From Limnobacter sp. (GTDB lineage Bacteria; Pseudomonadota; Gammaproteobacteria; Burkholderiales; Burkholderiaceae_B): a stretch of 64,000 nucleotides of DNA. Position 1 is the stretch's first letter. Each line of letters begins with the position of its first letter. The stretch spans positions 91,437 through 155,436 of the forward strand of contig NZ_JBKBHM010000002.1 of NCBI RefSeq assembly GCF_046297615.1. The letters run 5' to 3'. This document shows, piece after piece, positions 41,380 to 48,922 of the stretch. The position numbers and the translations under genes were made by a program. The notes beneath the pieces were generated by a model that worked only from the letters and a program-made list of their open reading frames with translations, was not told the DNA's origin and ran no database searches.

Positions 41380-42152
41380 AAGTAGTCCTTCCATGGGCGC
41401 ACGGCTTGCCCTCGACAATAGTTCACCACACTCGTCAATACAGCCACCTGACGGGTGGAATCTTCCCACGTGTTCACAGCGCCCGATTCCAACAGGGCTT
41501 CAATCCGTTGCGCCGCCTGTTCAAGCCCAAGCTCAAGCAGGTCTGCTGGCGTGTGAAACCCCAGCCCTTCCAGCAATGCCAGTGTGCCCTTGTTCACATT
41601 CGGCAGGTCAGCCAAGCGGGCCATGTCGCTGACGGCTTGTTCTCGGTCGCTGCGGCGGGCTTTGAAAAAGGCCTGCAGCAGTTGCTGGCTTTCATCGGCC
41701 ATACAACCGCATTCAAAGGTGCAAGGGTGCCAAGCCTCCGACTGCTCCAGCAGGTTCAATGCGTCGTGCAGATTGGTGTTGAAGCGCGATTGCTCAGCGC
41801 CAATCACCACCCTGCCAATTCGAGCATGCAAAATGGCGCCCAGGCACATCAAACAGGGTTGCAGGGTCACATACAAGGTCACATCAGCGCCAAGGCGGCT
41901 GTTGCCCACCTTGGCACAGGCCGCCACGATGGCATTGATTTCCGCATGCCCACACGGGTTGTTGCTGCCCACGGTGGTGTTTTTTCCATGGGCCAGAACG
42001 CGGTCAGTGCCTTGGACCAGCACCGCGCCTATCGGCACTTCTCCACTTTTGGCGGCTTCCTTGGCTTGTCCCAGTGCTACCGCCATCCAAGCCAAGTCAA
42101 CGGAAGACCTCGGCCCATCAGCCTGAAATTCACTGAGACTGAATTTGCTCAC
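41376..42152 (-). CDS. tadA: tRNA-specific adenosine deaminase TadA with an extra C-terminal domain of about 90 aa
   Basis: CGHAEINAI and PCLMCLGAI zinc-binding deaminase motifs. At 258 aa it is clearly longer than a standalone TadA. Confidence 0.85.
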   Translation of the reverse strand: MSKFSLSEFQADGPRSSVDLAWMAVALGQAKEAAKSGEVPIGAVLVQGTDRVLAHGKNTTVGSNNPCGHAEINAIVAACAKVGNSRLGADVTLYVTLQPCLMCLGAILHARIGRVVIGAEQSRFNTNLHDALNLLEQSEAWHPCTFECGCMADESQQLLQAFFKARRSDREQAVSDMARLADLPNVNKGTLALLEGLGFHTPADLLELGLEQAAQRIEALLESGAVNTWEDSTRQVAVLTSVVNYCRGQAVRPWKDYL

Positions 42153-42191
42153 GGTTGCCTCGCCTTGTGACCAGGCTCATGAAATGAGCTT

Positions 42192-42207
42192 GATTATTCC
42201 ACTCGAT
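42192..42207. repeat. Degenerate copy of the guaA 3' terminus (candidate att remnant)
   Basis: gattattcc-actcgat here compares with gatcactcccactcaat at 48921-48937: 13/17 identical with one 1-nt gap. Its reverse complement reads ATCGAGTGG-AATAA, close to an IEWE-stop guaA ending. Confidence 0.3.
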
Positions 42208-42317
42208 CATAAATAGTCAAACAAACCATATAAATCAAAGCCTTACTAAAGGCATCTCAATAAGCGCCTTGAACAATACCATATTCAGCTCCTCAACACT
42301 TGGCTGATCCCAAGGCT

Positions 42318-44924
42318 TCAGGCCAACTTTGCTGCTCCCTGACGCTGCCGAAGGCTGTCCGCCCAGGCCGCCAATGAATCAATCTCTGCCGTCAATGCTT
42401 CTGGCCTCGGTAGAGGACGGTTCAACGCAGCAGCGGCGCTATGCAGCAGTTCAGAACAGCGACCATATCCGTCTCGCATAGCTTCGCAATCGGGAACCGT
42501 GATCGCGGTCAGCTTGACCAAGCCAGGCGTTTTCACCTCATTGGGCAATCGTCTGAGGACATGCCCGACAACTTCTTCAACCGCGATCTCCCACGTATCG
42601 CGCAACGTCGCGGCAATTGATTTGACGGACCTTCGCCATTCGTCGTGATTGCCTTGCTCGAAATGGTAGCGTTCACCCGCAAGCTGATTTCTCAGACTAG
42701 TGGTGATGTCACTAACTCGACGCGCTTTGAATGGCGGTTCGCTGCGGCAAAAGCCTGCCTTGTCAGCACCCCGGCTAATGGAGCTAATGGCAACTGGCGG
42801 CTTAGGCTGCGCATCGTCAGCCGCGCGATTCAACTCGAACAGGAACGCAAGGTCATGAGTGAAAACGATGACCTGGCGATGAGCGGCTTCAGCAACCAAG
42901 CGTTTAGCTACCGCCTCCCGGTGCATGTGGTCGAGCGAAGAAACTGGATCATCAAAGACGATGCTCGACTTATTTTCCGTGGTGGCGAGTTCAGCCATGA
43001 ACGCAGCCAGAGCAACGCAGCGATATTCACCTTCGCTCAGGACCTGCCCCACTGCGGCAGTGGGTTTCCTCGTAAATGCGACCTTGAAGCGGGGAATGCC
43101 CTGAACGCTGTTTTGCTGGCGAAACTCCACGGCAAGGCCAGCGATCTCAAAACTCGCCACCTCACGAGCGAACTGTGCGCGAAGTGCATCAGTCACTAGC
43201 GCCTGTGCGATCTCCGTGCTCTTCGTGGTAGTACGATTAGTGGTTGTGTCGCGTTGGGCCGCCTCAAGCCGCGCGATTTGCTTCTGACGTTCAATTTCAG
43301 CGAGAACATCGGCTTTGATACCATCAAGCCATTTCCGATCCGCAAGCTCGCCTTTTTCGACAAGCAAGGCAGCACGAGCTGGAGAACCCGCCTCAGCAGT
43401 AAGGGCGTTCACCCGAACCTCAACGCCCGCTGCTTGATCGATCAGCGCCTGACGCGAATATTCCGTGACGTGCACGTCAATAGCGGCGCTTGGATTCGCG
43501 TGGCGTCGCCTGATCTGGCGATGACGCCACAGGGCGCGTATGGTCGCGCCCTTGATCGCCAGCGCTAAGGCGTCCTGACGCAGATCGTCGCGGACGGTCG
43601 CCACAATGTCCGCAAGCTCGGCCAACGAAATAGTCTCCCCCTTGAACGTTGCCAGTGCCTGGTCGTACACCAGGCGCGCAGCCACAGCACGTTGCTGGCT
43701 ATCGTCGCGCACAAAAGTCTCGAAGCGATTGAGTCGATCGGCAGCGACGGGCGTCAACTCCTGCTGGCAAAGCACACATACGCAGCCAGGTTCTATGACG
43801 GGGAAGCGCCGTTCAGGATAGGCTTCCATGTCCGAGAATGCCCGGGCACTGGCCCATAGCGTCTGCCAAACCTCCGACCCAATTTGCGGCAGCGGTTCGT
43901 CACGGAAAAGCGCACTGGAAGCAGCTTCTGCTGCCCGGCGCGCGGCATCGCTATCAATGGCATGGCGGCGCAGGTTATCGGCGGTCTCGTCGCCGATCGA
44001 AGCAAACAGCCGGTCCAGGCGCGCAATGTACCCGTCAACCTTGGCCTTCAACGCCGTAAGTTGGCGCGCCGCGCGAGCCGGATCACCCGCCAGGTCCGCC
44101 GCGAGTTGAGCCAATCTGTCTTGCTCTGCTTGCGTCAGCGTGGCCAATGCTTCGACTGTCGCCGGGGCAGTGTTGGCTGTGAGCCTGGCCATGAGCTTAC
44201 CGACCGTTGTGTCCTTCCCGCATGCAGGTGTTCTGATCGCTTCGGGCGTTTGCGCCTTTATCTGCTCAATCTCGGCTGCTAGCTTGTCCTTGATGGACTT
44301 ACAAAGCTGCGCCAACGCACCTAGCAGTTTGAGCGGAAACGGCGTGTAAGCCACGTCGTTCGTATCGTCCACGTGGACGTTCGCGGTACGGGAATCGAAG
44401 ACACTGATGCCGGAAAGTGCAGTGTCGGCAGCCTGTCCAAGCCGCCAAGCGCATGTACGATTCTGCCCGCCGACCGCGTATTCAATCGTGGCGCTGGGCG
44501 TGCCTGGTGCGGCGTCATAGATATCGGGGCCGATCTCCTCGCCTCGGCCATTCATTCGGGCGCGGCATACCTTTTTAAGAATCCGCGCGTAACCAGATTT
44601 TCCCGATCCGTTGTCGCCATAGATGATTGTTAAACCGACACGGTGGAGCGTGAGCTTTTGGTCGGGGGCCAAGGCGTTGACATGCCGGACTCCATGCACT
44701 TGTCGCAGATAGACTTCTCCTTGATCGCGGTTCGGGCCGCGAAGGTGCTCCGCTTCCAGCGGAACTGCCGGATTGTCACCCTTGCAGATGGACGCCAGTT
44801 CGTCGATCTCAGCTGGCCCCAGCGCCGCTTGCGTTGCAAGTCGGCGTAGTGCATCGCGTTGCCAACCCGGACCATCAAAAGACCACGTAAGGATGTTGGC
44901 CAGCGCCTCCGCCTCTGTCGTCAT
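42318..44924 (-). CDS. AAA_13-type (PrrC/RloC-like) coiled-coil ABC ATPase
   Basis: Walker A GDNGSGKS, signature LSEGE, Walker B IVFDDPVSSLD, H-loop VFTHD. A long Ala/Arg/Leu-rich helical insert carries CVCVLCQQEL (CxxCxQxL). The start is placed at ATG 44924 (MTTEAEAL...), which overlaps the stop of the upstream 77-aa ORF. Confidence 0.8.
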   Translation of the reverse strand: MTTEAEALANILTWSFDGPGWQRDALRRLATQAALGPAEIDELASICKGDNPAVPLEAEHLRGPNRDQGEVYLRQVHGVRHVNALAPDQKLTLHRVGLTIIYGDNGSGKSGYARILKKVCRARMNGRGEEIGPDIYDAAPGTPSATIEYAVGGQNRTCAWRLGQAADTALSGISVFDSRTANVHVDDTNDVAYTPFPLKLLGALAQLCKSIKDKLAAEIEQIKAQTPEAIRTPACGKDTTVGKLMARLTANTAPATVEALATLTQAEQDRLAQLAADLAGDPARAARQLTALKAKVDGYIARLDRLFASIGDETADNLRRHAIDSDAARRAAEAASSALFRDEPLPQIGSEVWQTLWASARAFSDMEAYPERRFPVIEPGCVCVLCQQELTPVAADRLNRFETFVRDDSQQRAVAARLVYDQALATFKGETISLAELADIVATVRDDLRQDALALAIKGATIRALWRHRQIRRRHANPSAAIDVHVTEYSRQALIDQAAGVEVRVNALTAEAGSPARAALLVEKGELADRKWLDGIKADVLAEIERQKQIARLEAAQRDTTTNRTTTKSTEIAQALVTDALRAQFAREVASFEIAGLAVEFRQQNSVQGIPRFKVAFTRKPTAAVGQVLSEGEYRCVALAAFMAELATTENKSSIVFDDPVSSLDHMHREAVAKRLVAEAAHRQVIVFTHDLAFLFELNRAADDAQPKPPVAISSISRGADKAGFCRSEPPFKARRVSDITTSLRNQLAGERYHFEQGNHDEWRRSVKSIAATLRDTWEIAVEEVVGHVLRRLPNEVKTPGLVKLTAITVPDCEAMRDGYGRCSELLHSAAAALNRPLPRPEALTAEIDSLAAWADSLRQRQGAAKLA

Positions 44925-45154
44925 ACACCCAAGCCTCTCAATCTGTGTCCACCATCTGTACCATGCTTCTCTAGATAGCGGCTCAAAGCATCGGATAGTA
45001 TCTCCCCTGGCTGCCATCTATAGTGCTCACTAATGCTCTTTGTTCTGACATGAGCAGGTGGAGCGAAATCGTACCCTGTGGCTGCTAATCCGGCTTCCCC
45101 TTCCGTAGTGATGAAAAAAGGTTCAGTTTTGTTGTCTTGGTGCGACTGAGTCAT
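44921..45154 (-). CDS. Small hypothetical protein (77 aa), translationally coupled to the ATPase
   Basis: A strong SD (AAGAGGAAAGAAC) lies immediately upstream of ATG 45154. Its stop TGA overlaps the ATPase ATG (GTATGA). No family was recognised. Confidence 0.45.
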   Translation of the reverse strand: MTQSHQDNKTEPFFITTEGEAGLAATGYDFAPPAHVRTKSISEHYRWQPGEILSDALSRYLEKHGTDGGHRLRGLGV

Positions 45155-45260
45155 GTTCTTTCCTCTTGACGCTCATCTACCTAGCCCCGCCCCCAGGTAT
45201 CGATTGGGATGGCAAAGAGCGGTGCCACCGAACAAATGCGAAACGCAGGAAAGTTATGCT

Positions 45261-46280
45261 TTAACGTGTCTTGTACTCGCGGATACGTGTGTGTTCGGTG
45301 AGAAGGGGCATCGTGGCAAGCGTGAAGACCTTGCCATCGGTAGCCTGCAAGAGCCGGCGCATGTCCTCGCGTCGGACTTTGAAGCCGCGCCCTGCGATGC
45401 AAGCGATAACGTCGTAGTCTTTCCGACTCTCGTCGCGCAACGAGCGCAGACGCTGTACTCGCGCCACCTTGTCGCGGGCAGTGCCGTCGTCCTCGGTCAG
45501 CTTGGCCTCGATTAAGGCAACCGGATTGAACTCGTCGGGTATGATGAAGTCTGGAGCCTGGTCAAAGCCGTTGATGCGCTCTGCGCGCTTGGTCTCACGG
45601 AAGCTCACTTTCGCCGCGGTCAGTACGTCCTTGATGGCTCCCTCAACGACTTCGCCCACGCGCTCGCTCACGGCATCACGGTGCGATGCAAATGGGCGCC
45701 CGAGGAAACGCTCGTATAGCAGGACTGCGTAAGGCACCCCGAGGTCTGCAATCGGCTGCAGGCTTTTGATACCTTCCTTCGTGTCCACCTTGTCGAGTCG
45801 ATGTAAAACGGCGAGATTCTCAGGGCCAGCACCTACCATGAGCGTTTCAACGCCAGCCCTAATCATGGCCCGCAAGCGCTGGTCGGTCAGCGTTGCCCCC
45901 AGAACACGAGGGGTCAGGGGCTTTAGTCGGATGTTTCGGTCCATGGTGCGCGCTGCGCCTTGATCAACTCGCACACCGGTGCGCTCGGTCGTTACGTAGG
46001 CCCACTCAGGCGGGGTGAAACCGAGGATGGCCCTGAAGACGATGAAGGCAATCGGAGCAGCGACTATTGCAGCTTCAACGCTAGCCGTGTTCACGGTGGT
46101 GAAGTCGTTTGTTGCCTTTTTCAGGGTCTGATAACCCTTCTCGAAGGTGGCGTAATCGGTGAAGCCCTCCCCTCTCGGCATTTCGAGAAAACTGGACTGC
46201 AGCTCCCCGAACACTTCATCGACCAGCGCATCAAAAGACAGCGACGGGTCTGCGTAGTCGGCCTCAAAACGTAATGGCAT
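45261..46280 (-). CDS. Putative PD-(D/E)xK restriction endonuclease
   Basis: APDFIIPDEFNPVALIEAKLTEDDGTARDK fits a PD...(D/E)xK core. A GGGGAG SD lies 8 nt upstream of the ATG. The start overlaps the methyltransferase 3' end by 17 nt. Confidence 0.6.
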   Translation of the reverse strand: MPLRFEADYADPSLSFDALVDEVFGELQSSFLEMPRGEGFTDYATFEKGYQTLKKATNDFTTVNTASVEAAIVAAPIAFIVFRAILGFTPPEWAYVTTERTGVRVDQGAARTMDRNIRLKPLTPRVLGATLTDQRLRAMIRAGVETLMVGAGPENLAVLHRLDKVDTKEGIKSLQPIADLGVPYAVLLYERFLGRPFASHRDAVSERVGEVVEGAIKDVLTAAKVSFRETKRAERINGFDQAPDFIIPDEFNPVALIEAKLTEDDGTARDKVARVQRLRSLRDESRKDYDVIACIAGRGFKVRREDMRRLLQATDGKVFTLATMPLLTEHTRIREYKTR

Positions 46281-48456
46281 TGGCTTGCTCCCCGTTCATT
46301 TTGTTATTGCGCTGCATGTCGATTGTTTCAGTCGCCTGCGCTGCATCCAAAACTACGCTAACGTCTTCGACTGTAGCGATGCTGTCCATGGTTAGGCGAA
46401 TGGTCTCCAACTTCTCGGCTGTTGGCCTCGATGAATTCCAGCTCGGCCGCAGCTTCCAAATCGCCATGCGGGAGATATGCCCGAAGGCAATGCATCGGAT
46501 GTCACCAGCCGTCGGTTTCATGCCCGCAGCGGTCAATTCGGCCAGTTCATTCGTCATCAGCGCCGCGAGCTGCGCAGCGTTTTCGACCAGAGTGTGAAGC
46601 GGCGCAGCGATGGTGTCGCGGCAGACAAATACCGTATCGACGATGGATGAGCCGGTGCCGTGAATGTGAATCGAACCGCCCATCTCGGCTGGGCAAGGCA
46701 GAGAAGCCGAGCAGGTCAGGCCCGCATCTAGGATGCCCATGGCCGCTGCAAGATAAGCCTCCTGCTTGTTGTGGTGGTAGGTGAATACTAGCGGTGCACC
46801 CGGCTTGAGGGCTGCAGCCATCCGGCTGTAAACAGCAGCCAAGCCTTCAGCAAAGTGCTCAATGTCGCGCTCCGCCGTCTCGTTGCCGGTTAGCTCGTCA
46901 TGGTGCCGCGTGGTCTCTAGCTCCAAGCCAGGAAACTCCTCGCCCATCAGCTTGCGCAGCCACACATAGCAGAACTGCATCAGCTCTCCGTACTGAACCA
47001 TGCCAAAGTAAGGCGGGTCAGTGAACACAGCATCAAGGCTAAGCGGGGCAAGTTCGGCCTCTGTCGATGAGGAGCAGCGGATGTCGATGGATCGCATTGG
47101 CGCATCGTGCCGGTGTGGGTGCTTTTCCCCAATCCACTCGCCCGAGATGTAGTGTATGGTTTTTTTCTTGCCGTTGAACATTACCTCAAACGGCTCGGTG
47201 CAGTACTCCTTAGCTTTGGTGTACTTCTCCGTAATATTAACCCATCCACCGGAGCCGACAGGCTTGCCTCCCCCGTTGCGAATGCCGAGAAAGTTGGACT
47301 CCACTTGTACATAGCCCACAGGGAACCCATGAATCGAGAACACGTCCAGCGACTTAAGCGCCATCGTGTCGTATCGGCACAGCATGTTCTGGTAGCGCAA
47401 TAGATCGGAAAAATTGGTAGCCAGCGCGCGGCGTACACGCTGATCTTTCACGCCTGCGATGAAGCGAGCGCTGGTCTCCAGCGCAAGAAGCTGCCGAGAG
47501 TTGAACAATTCGCGGAAGCGCTCATAGCCCCAACGGTGCAGGCGTGAGCTTTCGTCGCCCTCGGGGATAAGGTCATCAGGCACGAAGGATGGGTGCATCC
47601 GCTTCCATGCCCCCGCTGCTGCTTCAGCGCGCGCCAGGTCATCAGCATCGGGTTTCTTGAACAATCGCCCTGGCCGGTCTCGAAGGTCGGGGTTATAGTA
47701 CTCCATCGCGAAGAGCCGATGTGTCGGCGGACCTTCACCTTGGAACGGTGTGGCGTTCACATGCCCACAGTGCGGGCAGACACATTTGTTGCGCTTCACC
47801 GGGCCTTCTGTCTTGAGCTGCACGCCGCAGCCACACTTTCCAGGGTTTTTGGGGTCAGCAACCTCGTTGAGGTCGCCGCAGGAGTGGCACACAAGAACAT
47901 AGGCTGGGTGCCGGGAATTCTCGGCCACTGTGTAGCCAGGGAACAGGTCGAAGCCACTGCCGCAGGCGCTACAGATACCTGTTTTGACCCACAGAAAATA
48001 TTTGACATCGGCATCTGGACGGCCAGTCACCGGGCAGCGCGTCTTGTAGAGCTCGCCAATCGCCTGCTCAAGGTGCTGGGCTAAGAGGGTGGTTGCCTTC
48101 GCGTAGGCTCCGAGATCGAGCGCGTCGATTTCCTCGCGCACTACCCAAGCTGACATCGGATTGATGTCCAATCCGACGACGTTGCAACCCAGCCGGTTCG
48201 CCTCCAACAGCGGCGTCCCACCACCCATGAACGGGTCCGCGACGATTCGCCCCTCGAAATGGTTATTGTTGTAGTAAGTGTGCTCGACGTACTCGTTTCC
48301 AAACTCCGACAGGATCAAGCCGCGAAAAAGCGTGCCCGGCCTACGGGCAAACCACTTATGTACAGCGATGATCGGCCGGTAATTCTGTTGAATCTGCTTC
48401 TCGCGCAGCGCAAGCGCTGCGATGAATCTGATGCTGTAGTTATCTTCGATGCTCAT
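46264..48456 (-). CDS. DNA methyltransferase (N6-A/N4-C type) with a DUF1156-like N-terminus and two zinc ribbons
   Basis: HKWFARRP motif, ADPFMGGGT (motif I) and FTDPPYF (motif IV). There are two CxxC...CxxC clusters between them. The start is placed at ATG 48456 (MSIEDNY...). Confidence 0.8.
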   Translation of the reverse strand: MSIEDNYSIRFIAALALREKQIQQNYRPIIAVHKWFARRPGTLFRGLILSEFGNEYVEHTYYNNNHFEGRIVADPFMGGGTPLLEANRLGCNVVGLDINPMSAWVVREEIDALDLGAYAKATTLLAQHLEQAIGELYKTRCPVTGRPDADVKYFLWVKTGICSACGSGFDLFPGYTVAENSRHPAYVLVCHSCGDLNEVADPKNPGKCGCGVQLKTEGPVKRNKCVCPHCGHVNATPFQGEGPPTHRLFAMEYYNPDLRDRPGRLFKKPDADDLARAEAAAGAWKRMHPSFVPDDLIPEGDESSRLHRWGYERFRELFNSRQLLALETSARFIAGVKDQRVRRALATNFSDLLRYQNMLCRYDTMALKSLDVFSIHGFPVGYVQVESNFLGIRNGGGKPVGSGGWVNITEKYTKAKEYCTEPFEVMFNGKKKTIHYISGEWIGEKHPHRHDAPMRSIDIRCSSSTEAELAPLSLDAVFTDPPYFGMVQYGELMQFCYVWLRKLMGEEFPGLELETTRHHDELTGNETAERDIEHFAEGLAAVYSRMAAALKPGAPLVFTYHHNKQEAYLAAAMGILDAGLTCSASLPCPAEMGGSIHIHGTGSSIVDTVFVCRDTIAAPLHTLVENAAQLAALMTNELAELTAAGMKPTAGDIRCIAFGHISRMAIWKLRPSWNSSRPTAEKLETIRLTMDSIATVEDVSVVLDAAQATETIDMQRNNKMNGEQANAITF

Positions 48457-48922
48457 GGCCTGCTTATTATGTTCGGTGGCACTACACCACAGTGCTTGTG
48501 GATCTTCCGCGATACACCACAATGGAAAGCCTAGTCGGCGATATAGAGACCTTCACGGTCCTTTTCCTTGTAGAGCTTGTCTCTCAGCTTCAGGTAACAC
48601 AGCTTGGTATCGGGCAGTATGGTATTCCCCCTGATTGGCTCCGAATACCATGATCTGGGAGTAATCTACCCTGAGATAAAAACATAATGAAATCAATTTT
48701 TTGAGGTTTATAAATACCGCGATTTCCAAAAAATGGCTACCTGATATCGATAACATCTCATGGCACCAAAACATTCAATGCCTGTCATCATGCCATGACA
48801 AAACAGTGATTGGCGGTGCCAAAGATTGCCGGCCAATACCTTACACGATTACAAAAATCCCGCGGCTGCCTGAGTAGTTGTGTTCTCGTGCTACTAAGTG
48901 CCAGCCACGACTAGACGCCGGA

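Noticed and set aside
41406-42170. 254-aa ORF on the + strand
   Set aside because: It is antisense to tadA, whose deaminase zinc motifs are clear.
44925-45017. Longer ATPase start at ATG 45017
   Set aside because: There is no Shine-Dalgarno upstream. It also overlaps the SD-preceded 77-aa ORF in another frame. ATG 44924, with an upstream GAGAGG and stop/start coupling, is preferred, though this is not proven.
48553-48774. 73-aa ORF upstream of the methylase, considered as a possible R-M controller (C) protein
   Set aside because: The translation (MFWCHEMLSISGSHFLEIAVFINLKK...) shows no helix-turn-helix pattern. It lies in AT-rich DNA and has no obvious SD.
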